64,000 nucleotides of DNA from Actinomycetes bacterium (GCA_021848885.1 JAJZTN010000001.1:148-64147), one strand, 5' to 3'. Positions 40,926-51,346 are shown, counted from the stretch's first letter. A program made the numbers and translations. The notes: a model not told the origin generated them from the letters alone.

Positions 40926-42656
40926 TCAGGCGGTCGGGTCCGGGCGCAGGCTGAGCGACTCGGGGGTGTGCATGCGTGCCAGCGCCCGCCCGGTCCCCTC
41001 GGGCAGGCGGCGGCGGGTTGCGTACGAGGTCGCCACCATGACGGTGAAAGCCAGGGGGACACACCAGGCCGCTGGCTGGGTCAGCAGAGCCGCGGTCCAG
41101 CCGGAGGTGGGGTGGGTCAGGATGGTGGTGAGCACCGCCAGTGCGGCCAGCCCGCCACCGACGACCAGACCGGTGGCCGCGCCCACGTCGGTGAGCCGGC
41201 GCCACCAGATGCCCAGCAGCAGCAGCGGGCAGAACGAGGACGCCGCCACCGCGAAGGCCAGCCCGACCGCGTCGGCCACCGGCAACCGGTAGGCGGCCAC
41301 CGAGATCAGGTAGGGGATCGTCACCGCGACGACGCTCGCCCAGCGGAAGGCCCGCACCGAGGCCACCCGCCGCAGCACGTCCTGGGCCAGTACGCCGGAG
41401 ACCGACACGGTCAAGCCGGAGGAGGTGGACAGGAACGCCGCGAAGGCCCCGGCGGTCACCAGGGCGGAGAGCAGCTGTCCGAGGGGTCCCGGTATCACCC
41501 GGGCCGGCAGCAGCAGCACCGCGGCGTCGGTGCGGCCGGTCAGCAGCAGGTCGGGGGTGTACACGCGGGCCAGCACGCCGTACACCGTCGGCAGCAGGTA
41601 GAAGCCGGACAGCAGCACGAGCACCGCCACCGTGGCCCGCCGGGCCGAGCGCCCGTCCGGGTTGGTGTAGAAGCGCACCAGCACATGCGGCAGGCCCATG
41701 GTGCCGAGGAAGGTCGCCAGCATCAGCGAGTAGGTGGCATACAGCGGGTGGTCCGTGCCCGGGCCGCCCTGCAACGGGCGCAGCCACGTGGAGTTGTGCA
41801 CGGTCGAGGCCCCCAGCCCCTGCGGCACCACAGTCCCGGCGGGCAGCAGCACGGTGGCGCCCGCGCCGAGGTAGTGCGTCCCCGCGGTCAGTGTCACCGG
41901 GCCGTTGACATCAGCCCCGTCAAGGCTGCCGTGCACGACGACCTGGGCGCTGGCCGGTGCCTGCACCGAGGTTCCCGTGGCCAGCTGGACCTGGATCGGC
42001 TCGCGGGTGGTCGGGAACGCCGTGCCTGCCGGAGTGGGCCCCCCGCTCGCCTGCCAGTGCAGCAGCACCACGACCAGCGGGACGAGCAGCGCGGTGACCT
42101 TCGTCCAGTACTGGAAGGCCTGCACGAAGGTGATCGAGCGCATCCCCCCCGCAAGAACGTTGGTCAGCACCACGATGGCGACGATGAGCGAGCCGGCCCA
42201 CGGTGGTGCACCGGTGACGGTGTGCAGGGTCAGGCTGGCACCCTGCAGCTGCGGGACGAGGTAGAGCCAGCCGATCACCACGACGAGCACGCTGGAGATC
42301 CGCCGAACCGGGATCGAGGACAGCCGAGCCTCGGCGAAGTCGGGCAGGGTGTAGGCCCCCGAGCGACGCAGCGGTGCGGCCACGAACAGCAGCAGGATGA
42401 GGTATCCGGCGGTGTAGCCCACGGGGTACCAGAGCATGTCCACGCCGTAGGCGAGGATCAGCCCGGCCACGCCGAGGAAGGAGGCCGCGGACAGGTACTC
42501 CCCGCTGATGGCCGAGGCGTTCCAGGCCGGTGAGACGGTGCGCGAGGCGACGTAGAAGTCGCTCGTGGTGCGGGCCATCCGCAGCCCGTAGGCGCCGATC
42601 ACCAGGGTGGCCACGGTGACCAGCAGCACCGCGACGATGCTGGCGGGAGTGCTCAC
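40926..42656 (-). CDS. actP: Sodium:solute symporter family cation/acetate symporter (ActP-like)
   Basis: A 13-14 TM SSF fold (GEYLSAASFLG...). The GTG start overlaps the DUF485 stop. The long upstream ORF extension is high-GC artefact. Confidence 0.8.
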   Translation of the reverse strand: MSTPASIVAVLLVTVATLVIGAYGLRMARTTSDFYVASRTVSPAWNASAISGEYLSAASFLGVAGLILAYGVDMLWYPVGYTAGYLILLLFVAAPLRRSGAYTLPDFAEARLSSIPVRRISSVLVVVIGWLYLVPQLQGASLTLHTVTGAPPWAGSLIVAIVVLTNVLAGGMRSITFVQAFQYWTKVTALLVPLVVVLLHWQASGGPTPAGTAFPTTREPIQVQLATGTSVQAPASAQVVVHGSLDGADVNGPVTLTAGTHYLGAGATVLLPAGTVVPQGLGASTVHNSTWLRPLQGGPGTDHPLYATYSLMLATFLGTMGLPHVLVRFYTNPDGRSARRATVAVLVLLSGFYLLPTVYGVLARVYTPDLLLTGRTDAAVLLLPARVIPGPLGQLLSALVTAGAFAAFLSTSSGLTVSVSGVLAQDVLRRVASVRAFRWASVVAVTIPYLISVAAYRLPVADAVGLAFAVAASSFCPLLLLGIWWRRLTDVGAATGLVVGGGLAALAVLTTILTHPTSGWTAALLTQPAAWCVPLAFTVMVATSYATRRRLPEGTGRALARMHTPESLSLRPDPTA

Positions 42657-42985
42657 CGGCGGCCGACGATCTCGACGAAGTCCCGCTCGGTGCGCTCGGC
42701 TGCGCGCACGAAGAGCCAGCCGGTAAGGCACAGCCCCGGGTAGACCAGGGCGCCCAGCAGCAGCCAGGGCACCGGCACACCCAGCACAGCCCAGGACCGC
42801 AGGCGCGGCTCCACGGCGAACAGCAGCGGCAGCCCGCCGAGCAGCACCACGGCTCCGCCCAGCACGAACAGCGCAAGACGCAGCTGGGCGTGCATGAGGG
42901 TGCGCAGCAGGACCTCGCCGAGCTGGGTCTGCGCGTCGATCTCGCGAGCCGCCGAGTGCGCCACGGGCTGGCGGGAGGCCCACAT
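42653..42985 (-). CDS. DUF485-domain small membrane protein (YjcH-like, actP partner)
   Basis: 110 aa with two TM segments, immediately upstream of and coupled to actP, as in yjcH-actP operons. Confidence 0.65.
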   Translation of the reverse strand: MWASRQPVAHSAAREIDAQTQLGEVLLRTLMHAQLRLALFVLGGAVVLLGGLPLLFAVEPRLRSWAVLGVPVPWLLLGALVYPGLCLTGWLFVRAAERTERDFVEIVGRR

Positions 42986-43068
42986 GCGCGGGGAGGTTAT
43001 GCGGACCCGCTGGGCGCGGCGCTCGCCCGGCCAGTCGGGCGGCCCCGTGCGGCGCGGGCCGGTGTCGC

Positions 43069-43812
43069 TCACCCCTGCGGCCCCGCCTCGGTGGGCGAGC
43101 GGCGCAGCAGCACGTCGCGCAGGTCCCGGCTGTGGCGGCGCGAGACGTGCAGCACGTCCGGGCCGACCTTGACGCTCCACCGCCCGGAGTGCGCCCGGAC
43201 CTCGTCGACATGGGCGAGGGCCACCAGGGTGCTGCGGTGGATGCGCAGGAACCCCGCATCCCTCCAGCGCTCCTCCAGGGCTGTCAGCGGCACCCGGACC
43301 AGGTGGTTGCCGGTCGGGGTGTGCAGCCGGGCGTAGTCCCCGTGCGCCTCGACCCAGCGCACCTCGGAGCGGGCCACGAACCGGGTCACCCCGGCCAGCT
43401 CGACCGCGATGGTCTCCTCGCTGACCGGCACGGGCGTGGCCCCCGGCGCGTCCCGGGCCTGCACCACCCGACGGATCGCCTCGGACAGTCGCTGCTCCCG
43501 CACGGGCTTGAGCAGGTAGTCCACCGCGTTGAGGTCGAAGGCGTCCACCGCGTAGTCCTCGTGGGCGGTGACGAAGACGATGAGCGGAGGGGACCTGAAG
43601 CGGGCCAGCACCCTCGCCAGGTCCAGCCCGTCCAGCCCTGGCATCCGGATGTCGAGGAAGAGCGCGTCGACCTGCTCCTCCTCCAACGTGCGCAGCGCCT
43701 CGGCCCCGTCCGAGGCGGTGCGCACCGCGGCCACCCGCTCGTCCTGGCGCAGCAGCCAGCTCAGCTCGTCCAAGGCCGGCTGCTCGTCGTCTACGACGAG
43801 GACACGCAGCAT
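43069..43812 (-). CDS. Two-component response regulator, LytTR family
   Basis: Receiver domain (MLRVLVVDDE...D...LFLDIRMPGLDGL) plus a C-terminal LytTR DNA-binding domain. Confidence 0.9.
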   Translation of the reverse strand: MLRVLVVDDEQPALDELSWLLRQDERVAAVRTASDGAEALRTLEEEQVDALFLDIRMPGLDGLDLARVLARFRSPPLIVFVTAHEDYAVDAFDLNAVDYLLKPVREQRLSEAIRRVVQARDAPGATPVPVSEETIAVELAGVTRFVARSEVRWVEAHGDYARLHTPTGNHLVRVPLTALEERWRDAGFLRIHRSTLVALAHVDEVRAHSGRWSVKVGPDVLHVSRRHSRDLRDVLLRRSPTEAGPQG

Positions 43813-43878
43813 GCGCCGCAGCGTACGACGCCCTCGGCGCGGCGTCTGCTGTCGCCGCGCCGGTCTGGCGCCCCCGGC

Positions 43879-45063
43879 TCAGCTCGCCCGGACGCCGGGG
43901 TGGAACTTCGGCAGCCGGACACTGACCTTGGTTCCGGCTCCAACCGCGGTCTCGATGACCAGGCCGTACTCGTCGCCATAGACCTGGCGCAGCCGGGCGT
44001 CGACGTTGGCCAGTCCCATGCTCGAGCCGCCGCCCTCCCCGGACAGCGCGCGGCGGACCTGCTCGGGTTCGATGCCCACCCCGTCGTCCTCGATGCTGAT
44101 ATGCGCCTCGGTTCCGACGTTCTCCGCCACGATCGCGATGCTGCCGCGACCCGGCCGGCTTTCCAGGCCGTGCCGTACGGCGTTCTCCACGATTGGTTGC
44201 AGGCACAGGAACGGCAGCGCGACCGGCAGCACCTCCGGGGCGATCTGCAACGAGACCACCAGCCGGTCCCCGAAACGGGCTCTCTCCAGGAGCAGGTAGC
44301 GCTCGATCGAGCGAAGCTCCTCGGCCAACGTCGTGAAGTCACCGTGGCGGCGGAAGGAGTATCGGGTGAAGTCGGCGAACTCCAGCAACAGCTCCCGGGC
44401 TCGCTCCGGGTCGGTGCGCACGAACGAGGCGATCGCGGTGAGGGAGTTGTAGATGAAGTGCGGGGAGATCTGTGCGCGCAGCGCTCGCAGCTCGGCCTCC
44501 ATGAGCCGGGTGCGGGAGGCACCCAGCTCGGCGAGCTCGACCTGACCTGACACCCAGCCGGCCACCTCCTGGGTGGCCCGCACCAGGCCTGCCGAGGCGG
44601 CCCCGCTGTAGGCCGCGAGCGTGCCGATGACGTGCCCCCCCGCGCTGATCGGGGCGATCACCGCCGTGCGCACGGGGCAGTCCAGCTGTCGGCAGCCCAA
44701 CGTCGTCGCACCGAGAACCTCGGTGCGACCCGACTCCATCACCCGGCGGGCGTGCTCGACGGCCTCGGCGGCGTGTGAGTCCCCGGTGCCCTCCCAGACC
44801 AGCAGCTGCTGCCCATCGGTGATCGCCAGAGCGGAGGCGCCCAGCAGGGCCCGCAGGTGGCGGGCCGCCTTGGTCGCTCCGGTCTTGGTCAGCCCGGCGC
44901 GCAGCGGGGGTGCGGCCAGCGAGGCGGTGTGCAAGGTGGCGAAGGTGGCCCGGTCGGCGGCACTGCCCAGCCCGCGGCGGTGCGCCAGCACCCGGTAGGC
45001 CAGTGCCGCGCCGCCGAAGGCGACAAGCCCGGCGATGGCCAGCGTCGTGGCGGAGTCCGGCAC
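43879..45063 (-). CDS. Sensor histidine kinase, LytS/YehU-type (GAF plus His_kinase plus HATPase)
   Basis: The PF06580 phospho-acceptor box is ISPHFIYNSL. N-box NAVRHGL, G1 and G2 boxes are present. An N-terminal TM is followed by a GAF-like domain. Confidence 0.85.
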   Translation of the reverse strand: MPDSATTLAIAGLVAFGGAALAYRVLAHRRGLGSAADRATFATLHTASLAAPPLRAGLTKTGATKAARHLRALLGASALAITDGQQLLVWEGTGDSHAAEAVEHARRVMESGRTEVLGATTLGCRQLDCPVRTAVIAPISAGGHVIGTLAAYSGAASAGLVRATQEVAGWVSGQVELAELGASRTRLMEAELRALRAQISPHFIYNSLTAIASFVRTDPERARELLLEFADFTRYSFRRHGDFTTLAEELRSIERYLLLERARFGDRLVVSLQIAPEVLPVALPFLCLQPIVENAVRHGLESRPGRGSIAIVAENVGTEAHISIEDDGVGIEPEQVRRALSGEGGGSSMGLANVDARLRQVYGDEYGLVIETAVGAGTKVSVRLPKFHPGVRAS

Positions 45064-45305
45064 GGGTGCACGCTATCGCCGCCGCATGGGCAGACGGCGC
45101 CTCCCGAAGGAGGCGCCGTCTCACGCACGGCTGCCGGGTGACCAGGCGTGCACTTCTCTCACCGGGTCGGGGCGGGCCCGGCACGGCGGGTCCTTTCGTG
45201 GACTGGTCGCACGTGGGTGCCCGGAGGCCGTACGAGGTCCGTACGTCCCGGCTCACCCCGAGCAGTGCTGCGGCGTGACCCCGGACGCGTGGTCCATGTC
45301 CCTTT

Positions 45306-46208
45306 CTAGCTCAGGCCTGTGCCACGGAGAAGGGGCTGGCGCGCATCTTTACTTTCGGTCCGGCCTGCCGCGCCAGACCGACGGGGCGGGACCGCCAGTC
45401 GGGACCTCCCGCGCCGGCGGGCGGCCATCCAGACCAGTCCCGCCGTGGCGGCGCCCGCGGCAGCCGCGGCAAGCGCGGGCCCACCCGCCATCGCCAGCGG
45501 GCTGGAGCGTTCGCGAAGCGCGATCGAGCGGCTGAAGGTCAGCACCGGCCAGCCGCGGGCCGCGGCCTCCTTGCGCAGCGCCCGGTCAGGGTTCACCGCG
45601 ACCGGGTGCCCGACGGTGGCCAGCATCGGCAGGTCGGTGATCGAGTCGCTGTAGGCGAAGCTTTCCGGCAGGTGGTAGCCGACCATGGCGGCAACCTCGC
45701 GCACGGCCTCGGCCTTGCCCTCGCCGTAGGAGTAGAAGTCGATCTCGCCGGTGTACCTGCCGTCCTGGACCACCATGCGCGTGGCGATCACACGGTCGGC
45801 GCCGAGCAGCTCACCGATCGGCTCGACGACTTCTGCGCCGGAGGAGGAGACGATGACGACGTCGCGGCCGGCGGCATGGTGGCCCTCGATGAGGGAGACC
45901 GCCTCGTCGTAGACGATCGGGTCGATCAGCTCGTGCAGGGTCTCGGCAACGATGTCCTTGACCTGCTGGACGTCCCAGCCGGCGCACATCGCGGAGATGG
46001 AGGCGCGCAGACGCTCCATCTGGTCGTGGTCGGCCCCACCGATGAGATAGACGAACTGGGCGTAGGCGCTCTTGAGCACGGCGCGTCGGTTGATCAGCCC
46101 ACCGCGGTAGAAGGGCCGGGAGAAGGCCAGCGTGCTGGACTTGGCGATGATGGTCTTGTCCAGGTCGAAGAACGCGGCGGCTCGGGGGGCGGTCGGCGCT
46201 GCGTCCAT
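45306..46208 (-). CDS. HAD-IB family hydrolase (SerB-like phosphatase)
   Basis: The HAD motif I is FFDLDKTII. Motifs II-IV are present. A C-terminal hydrophobic/basic tail follows. Confidence 0.8.
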   Translation of the reverse strand: MDAAPTAPRAAAFFDLDKTIIAKSSTLAFSRPFYRGGLINRRAVLKSAYAQFVYLIGGADHDQMERLRASISAMCAGWDVQQVKDIVAETLHELIDPIVYDEAVSLIEGHHAAGRDVVIVSSSGAEVVEPIGELLGADRVIATRMVVQDGRYTGEIDFYSYGEGKAEAVREVAAMVGYHLPESFAYSDSITDLPMLATVGHPVAVNPDRALRKEAAARGWPVLTFSRSIALRERSSPLAMAGGPALAAAAAGAATAGLVWMAARRRGRSRLAVPPRRSGAAGRTESKDARQPLLRGTGLS

Positions 46209-46583
46209 GCAGTCGAGGATAGGCGTTGCTGGTGTCGGCCCGGCGTGCCGCTTGCCTTGCCGGCGTTCTCGGGGTCACCATGGATGCGACGCCCCATCCC
46301 CCGTGGGCGTGAACCGTGCCGACCCCTCCCCCCCTGGGCCGGACGGTCCTGACGGCCCCCGCCTCCCCCCGGCGGGGGCCGTCCTCGTAGCACCCCCGGC
46401 TGGGCTCTCGCCGGGTTGTGGCGGCTGTGCACAGGCGCAGCAAGCCGACACCCTCATGCACAGGTGTCGCGCGCCCGGCGTTCTCCCGGCACCCACGGCC
46501 GCACTCTGGGGTCTGGCACAACCTCGGAGGCGCCGGTGGTCGGTCATGCACGTGGGCGGTCCGCTCGGACAGCGTCAGCAGGC

Positions 46584-47654
46584 GTGCTGCTCGCCTCGGC
46601 AGATCCGGCCCTGGTCAACCCGGTGCTGGAGGTTGCGGCAACCGTTGACGTCCCGGTCGAGCGGGCCGCCTCGATCGAGGCGGTGCGGGGCCGCTGGTCC
46701 GAGGCGTCGTTGGTGCTGGTCGGCGCCGACCTGGCTGGTGGGCTTTGTGCGGCGCTGTCTGGCAGCTTCGCGGGATCGCCGCGCCCGTCGGGGATCGTGC
46801 TGCTGGCCGGGCAGGAGCGCCCCGAGCTGTGGCGCTGGGCGGTGGAGCTGGGAGCGAGCCGGGTGGCCCTGCTTCCCGAGTGCCGGACGTGGCTGGCCGA
46901 GGCTCTGCCGGCGTACGTGGCCGGGCCGAGGGCATCCCTGGTCGGCGTGATCGGTGGTCGCGGAGGCGCCGGCGCCTCATGCCTGGCGGTCGGGCTGGCG
47001 ATGAGCGGGCGGCGGCTGGGCCACTCGGTTGTGCTGGTCGACGCCGACCCGCTCGGTGGCGGGATCGACCTCGTGGTGGGTGCAGAGCAGTCCGGCGGGC
47101 TGCGCTGGCCCGAGCTGGCGCACGCGGCCGGGCGGATCGCGCCGCAGCCGCTGCTGCAGGCGCTGGTGCAGGCCGACGGGGTGCGGGTGCTCTCATGGGA
47201 CCGAGGTGATCGGTTGGCAGTGCCGGCGGCGGCCGCCCAGGCGGTCACCGCGGCGCTTCGTGCCGCTGCCGACCTCGTTGTGGTGGACCTGCCACGCTCA
47301 GCGGAACCGGCCGCGGACGCCCTCTTGGCTGAGCTGGACCTGCTGCTGCTCGTCGTGCCGGCCGAGGTGCGGGCGAGCGCCGCGGCGGGCAGGGTCGCGA
47401 CCCGGGTTGCCCCGCTGGTCCGTGACGTCCGGCTGGTCGTGCGTGGCCCGGCCCCGGCCGATCTCGAGCCGGAGGTCGTGGCCGAATCGGTCGGGCTGCC
47501 GTTGGCGGCATGGCTGCCGGCCGAGCCCGGCCTCACACAGGCACTGGAGCGTGGTGACCCACCGGCGGCAACCGGTCGGGGGCCGCTCGCGCGGGTCTGC
47601 ACGAGCCTGCTGGCTGGCCTGCCGATCTCGGCTGCGCTCGACGGAGCTGGCTGA
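46584..47654 (+). CDS. Ssd/CpaE-like septum-site-determining ParA/MinD-superfamily ATPase of the Tad locus
   Basis: The deviant Walker A is GGRGGAGAS, within VGVIGGRGGAGASCLAVGLA. A receiver-like N-domain precedes it. The start is uncertain; the ORF runs from 46416. Confidence 0.65.
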   Translation: MLLASADPALVNPVLEVAATVDVPVERAASIEAVRGRWSEASLVLVGADLAGGLCAALSGSFAGSPRPSGIVLLAGQERPELWRWAVELGASRVALLPECRTWLAEALPAYVAGPRASLVGVIGGRGGAGASCLAVGLAMSGRRLGHSVVLVDADPLGGGIDLVVGAEQSGGLRWPELAHAAGRIAPQPLLQALVQADGVRVLSWDRGDRLAVPAAAAQAVTAALRAAADLVVVDLPRSAEPAADALLAELDLLLLVVPAEVRASAAAGRVATRVAPLVRDVRLVVRGPAPADLEPEVVAESVGLPLAAWLPAEPGLTQALERGDPPAATGRGPLARVCTSLLAGLPISAALDGAG

Positions 47655-48913
47655 TGGGTCCTCACCGGGGCCTTGAGATGGGCCGTGCCGATGAGCTGGG
47701 CCGATGGGCGGAGCCGATCAGTCTCGACGTTGTCGGACCTGAGCTGTCTGTCCGGCTCCTCGAGGACGTCCGGGCCCATCTGGTGCGCAACGGTTCCGAC
47801 CCGGGACCGATGGAGGTCGCTGCGGCTCTGCGCGAGCAGGGTCTCGTGCTTGCCGATGACCAGCTTGCCCGGCTGACCGGGCTCGTCCGGCAGGAGCTAA
47901 CCGGGGCAGGGCCCCTCGAGCACCTGCTGCGCTGCCCGGGAGTCACCGACGTGCTCGTCAACGGCCCCGACGAGGTGTGGCTGGACCGCGGCACTGGCTT
48001 GGAGCGCACCGAGCTGCGGCTCGGTGACGAGGCGGCGGTGCGTCGGCTGGCCCAACGCCTGGCGGTCAGTGCCGGGCGCAGGCTCGACGATGCCTCGCCG
48101 TACGTCGACGCCCAGCTTCCCGACGGGAGCAGGCTGCATGCGGTGCTGCCTCCACTGTCGGTGGGTGGCACCGTGCTCTCGCTGCGGGTGCCACGGCGCC
48201 TCGCGATGAGCCTGGCTGACCTCGCCGCCGCCGGGGCACTGTCCGGGGGCATGCAGGCGACCCTGGCCAGTCTCGCCCGCGCCAAGGTCGCGCTGCTGGT
48301 CACCGGCGGGACCGGGTCGGGCAAGACCACGTTGCTGTCCGCCTTGGTCGGGGCCGGTGACCCAACTGAGCGGGTGGTCGTGGTGGAGGACTGCGCCGAG
48401 ATGGTCACCGACCACCCCCATGTGCTGCGGCTGCAGGCCCGCCCCGCCAATGTCGAGGGGCGCGGCGAGGTCACCATGCGTGAGCTGGTCCGTCAGGCGT
48501 TGCGGATGCGCCCGGACCGGCTCGTCGTGGGGGAGGCCAGGGGGGCCGAGATCGTGGAGCTGCTGGCCGCTCTGAACACCGGGCACGAGGGTGGTCTGGC
48601 GACCCTGCACGCCAACGAGGTGAGCGATGTCCCGGCGCGGGTGGAGGCGCTCGCCCTGCCGACCGGCATGCCGCGTGGTGCTGTGCACGCGCAGCTGGGT
48701 GCCGGTGTGCAGGCGGTGGTGCACGTGGTGCGCGAAGCGGGTGCGCGAAGGGTGGCAACCCTTGGATGGGTCCGCCGCGGGCCGACGGGGGTCAGCGTCG
48801 TGCCGGCACTGACCCAGACCGCGGACCTGCGTCTGCTCCCGGGCCCGGCGGTCGAGCAGCTCGGTGCTCGCCTGGGCAAGGCCCCGTGGCTGGTCGGCCC
48901 GCGGGAATCGTGA
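47654..48913 (+). CDS. tadA: TadA/CpaF-family type II/IV secretion ATPase
   Basis: Walker A GGTGSGKTT, Asp box, Walker B VVVEDCAEM and His box LNTGHEGGLATLHAN. The start overlaps the Ssd stop. Confidence 0.9.
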   Translation: MGPHRGLEMGRADELGRWAEPISLDVVGPELSVRLLEDVRAHLVRNGSDPGPMEVAAALREQGLVLADDQLARLTGLVRQELTGAGPLEHLLRCPGVTDVLVNGPDEVWLDRGTGLERTELRLGDEAAVRRLAQRLAVSAGRRLDDASPYVDAQLPDGSRLHAVLPPLSVGGTVLSLRVPRRLAMSLADLAAAGALSGGMQATLASLARAKVALLVTGGTGSGKTTLLSALVGAGDPTERVVVVEDCAEMVTDHPHVLRLQARPANVEGRGEVTMRELVRQALRMRPDRLVVGEARGAEIVELLAALNTGHEGGLATLHANEVSDVPARVEALALPTGMPRGAVHAQLGAGVQAVVHVVREAGARRVATLGWVRRGPTGVSVVPALTQTADLRLLPGPAVEQLGARLGKAPWLVGPRES

Positions 48914-49683
48914 GCGCTCTCCTGCTCGCCGCGCTCGCGACGGGGCTGGCGACCGCGATGCTGGTCGGCCATCCCGGGGCCGGGACGGCTCGACTGCGCC
49001 GGCTGACCTCAGGGTTGGCGGCCTCGGCCCGGCCGCCGGGCGAGGAGCCGAGCCGGTCAACCGGGTCAGCCCGCCGCGCCCCCAGGGTGACGGTCAGGGG
49101 CTGGCGGCGCCCGGGCCTGACGGGCTCGCTGGCTCGCGACCGTCGGCAAGCGGTGGTCGAGCTGTGCGCGGCGGTCTCGACCGAGCTTGGAGCGGGGCAA
49201 CCACCGCAGCTGGCGTTGGTCTCGGCGGTTCGCTTTCTCGGCGACCCGGCCGATCTGGCGGAGCTGCTTCGCCCCGCCCTGGCGGTGGCTCACTCGGGCG
49301 GTGACGTCGCGCAGGAGCTGCGGCGGGTGGCTGGGCTTCCCGGTGCCGAGGGCCTGGGCGCGGTGGCCGCGTGCTGGGAGGCCACCCAGGCCACCGGGTC
49401 GGGGTTGTCCACCGCTCTGGGTCGGGTTGGCGAGGCGCTGCGGGCCGAGCTGGAGCACCGGCGTGACATCGAGACGGAGCTTGCCGGGCCCCGGGCCAGC
49501 GCCCGACTGCTGGTGCTGCTCCCCGCGGTCGGGGTGCTGCTGGGTCTCGGCTTGGGCGTCGACCCGCTCGGCTGGCTGCTCGGAACAGTGCCGGGCCGCA
49601 TCGTCGCCGCCGTCGGCGTGGGTCTGGACCTGCTCGGTGCGTGGTGGGTGGCCCGGCTGGTCCGTGTCGCCGTCGATGACTGA
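48910..49683 (+). CDS. tadB: TadB-like type II secretion system F-domain membrane protein
   Basis: A polytopic membrane protein following tadA. The GTG start overlaps the tadA stop. Confidence 0.7.
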   Translation: MSALLLAALATGLATAMLVGHPGAGTARLRRLTSGLAASARPPGEEPSRSTGSARRAPRVTVRGWRRPGLTGSLARDRRQAVVELCAAVSTELGAGQPPQLALVSAVRFLGDPADLAELLRPALAVAHSGGDVAQELRRVAGLPGAEGLGAVAACWEATQATGSGLSTALGRVGEALRAELEHRRDIETELAGPRASARLLVLLPAVGVLLGLGLGVDPLGWLLGTVPGRIVAAVGVGLDLLGAWWVARLVRVAVDD

Positions 49684-49694
49684 CCGGGACGGGG

Positions 49695-50516
49695 GTGTCT
49701 GTGCTCGTCAGGACCAGCTGGCCCGTGCTGCTGGCTTGCAGCCTTCTCGTCATCGCAACCGCCCTGCCCGGCATCGCGCGTGCTGCCGCCAAGCGGCGGC
49801 TGGGTGGGCTGAACCGCCGCGTGGCTGCTGTGCGCCAGCCGGCCCGGTCGGGATCGCCGTCCCCGCGCTCCCTCGGCTGGACTGGGCGAGTCGCGGCAGG
49901 CCCCTTCGGGGCGCTGGACTCGGCGATGCTGGCCAGCATCACGTTGGCAGCGGCGGTGGCCCTGCTGCTCCCGGCGCCGCTGGGGGTGACGGCCGGGCTG
50001 ATCGTCACCATGGTGCTGCCCGGGCGGTTGCGTCGGCTCGAACCGACCGTGAAGCGGCGGGAACGGCAGCGCATCGCAGCCGACGCCCCGTTGGCGGCTG
50101 AGCTCTTCGCAGCCTGCGTGCTCGGTGGGGCCGATCCGGTCTCCGCAAGCGGTGTGGTCGCCCGCGCCGTCGGCGGCCCGCTGGGGCGCCGCCTCGAGGC
50201 TGCCGGCACCGCGATCCGTCTGGGCTCAGACCCCGCCGTGGTGTGGGCCGGACTGGGCAGCGAGGCGAGCCTGGCGGGCTGGGGCTCGATGCTTGCTCGG
50301 GCGAGCAGCAGCGGCGCTCCCGTCGCCACGATGGTGCTCGCCTTGGCCGAGCAGGCCCGTGTCGCGCGTCGTAGCCGACGGGCCGCGGCCATCCGTCGAG
50401 CGTCGGTCTGGGCGACTGTGCCGCTCGGGGTGTGCTTCCTTCCGGCCTTCTTTCTGCTGGGTGTCGTGCCGGTCGCCGTGAGTGTGGCCGGGCCCGTCCT
50501 GGGGTTGCTGCGCTGA
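49695..50516 (+). CDS. tadC: TadC-like type II secretion system F-domain membrane protein
   Basis: A hydrophobic N-terminus plus a T2SSF-like C-terminal TM pair, in operon context after tadB. Confidence 0.7.
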   Translation: MSVLVRTSWPVLLACSLLVIATALPGIARAAAKRRLGGLNRRVAAVRQPARSGSPSPRSLGWTGRVAAGPFGALDSAMLASITLAAAVALLLPAPLGVTAGLIVTMVLPGRLRRLEPTVKRRERQRIAADAPLAAELFAACVLGGADPVSASGVVARAVGGPLGRRLEAAGTAIRLGSDPAVVWAGLGSEASLAGWGSMLARASSSGAPVATMVLALAEQARVARRSRRAAAIRRASVWATVPLGVCFLPAFFLLGVVPVAVSVAGPVLGLLR

Positions 50517-50726
50517 CGGGCTGCTCGCTCCCGCGAAACGGGTCGGGTCTGCGGCCGCCTGTGCGGGCGCGCCGGGTCCCGCTCCGTCCACAGCGGGGTG
50601 GCGGCGGCTTCTCGACCACAGCGAGGACGCCGGGACCTCCGGGGACCGGGTGGCCGGCGCACCGTGAGGGCGGCCGTTGCCCCGGCCACCGCGCCGGCCG
50701 GATGCCGGAGGACATGGAGGTGCCAC

Positions 50727-50906
50727 ATGATGAGTGTCCTGACCCGGTTGCGCCGCGGCGAGGCCGGCATGACCACGGCGGAGTACGCCGTGGGGACCGT
50801 TGCCGCCTGCGGGTTCGGCGGTGTGCTGCTCAAGCTGCTGACCAGCGACACGGTCGTCCGGCTGATCACTGACCTGATCCGCCGAGCGCTGTCGCTGGCG
50901 ATCTGA
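50727..50906 (+). CDS. Flp-like pilin / DUF4244 small protein
   Basis: MMSVLTRLRRGEAGMTTAEYAVGTVAACGFGGVLLKLL... carries the GMTTAEYA pre-pilin-like motif of Flp / DUF4244 proteins. A GGAGG RBS lies upstream. Confidence 0.6.
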   Translation: MMSVLTRLRRGEAGMTTAEYAVGTVAACGFGGVLLKLLTSDTVVRLITDLIRRALSLAI

Positions 50907-51031
50907 GCGGGCACGTCCCGGTTGGGTGGTGGCCGTCGCGACTGCCACCACCCAGCCGGGCTGCGCGAGGACGGGGTGGGGCCCCGACGGACCGGTCGTC
51001 ACGACTGGAGGCCGGCGCCGCCACGGTCGAG

Positions 51032-51346
51032 GTGGCTGTGCTGCTGCCAGCCGTGGTGCTGGCGTTCCTGGCGGGCTCGTGGGGGGTGGGTGCGGTGACT
51101 GCACAGATGAGATGCGTCGACGCGGCACGCGAGGTGGCCAGGGCGATCGCTCGCGGCGAGCAGCCGGGCGACGCGCGGGGGCTGGCCGGCATGCTCGCCC
51201 CGGGCTCGGCTCGTGTCGAGGTCAGCGAGGGTGAGGGCCTGGTGCGGGTGACCGTCCGGGCGCCGATCCGGCTGCCGGGCACGCTCGGGCGGGTGTGGCC
51301 GGCTGTGGAGGTGTCCGGATCGGCGACCACTGTGGCCGAGCCGTGA
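51032..51346 (+). CDS. TadE-like protein (N-terminus probably extends upstream; no canonical start found)
   Basis: The in-frame upstream sequence ...DRSSRLEAGAATVEVAVLLPAVVLAFLAG... matches the TadE motif (G-S/A-A-T-V-E plus hydrophobic helix). The ORF-track start is at 51032 (GTG). Confidence 0.55.
   Translation: MAVLLPAVVLAFLAGSWGVGAVTAQMRCVDAAREVARAIARGEQPGDARGLAGMLAPGSARVEVSEGEGLVRVTVRAPIRLPGTLGRVWPAVEVSGSATTVAEP

Noticed and set aside
40926-43259. 777-aa extended ORF for the acetate symporter, and 517-aa ORF 42653-44206 overlapping the LytTR gene
   Set aside because: The upstream extensions are Arg/Ala/Pro-rich with no homology and run antisense/out-of-frame through the DUF485 and LytTR genes. 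The functional genes are the 3' portions (actP from 42656, DUF485 42653-42985).
46209-46583. Poly-C / poly-G hairpins (ccccccggcggggg etc.) upstream of the Tad locus as a possible riboswitch or attenuator
   Set aside because: Only short GC hairpins without conserved riboswitch-like architecture. It is most simply a GC-rich promoter spacer. Mentioned under the Tad finding only.
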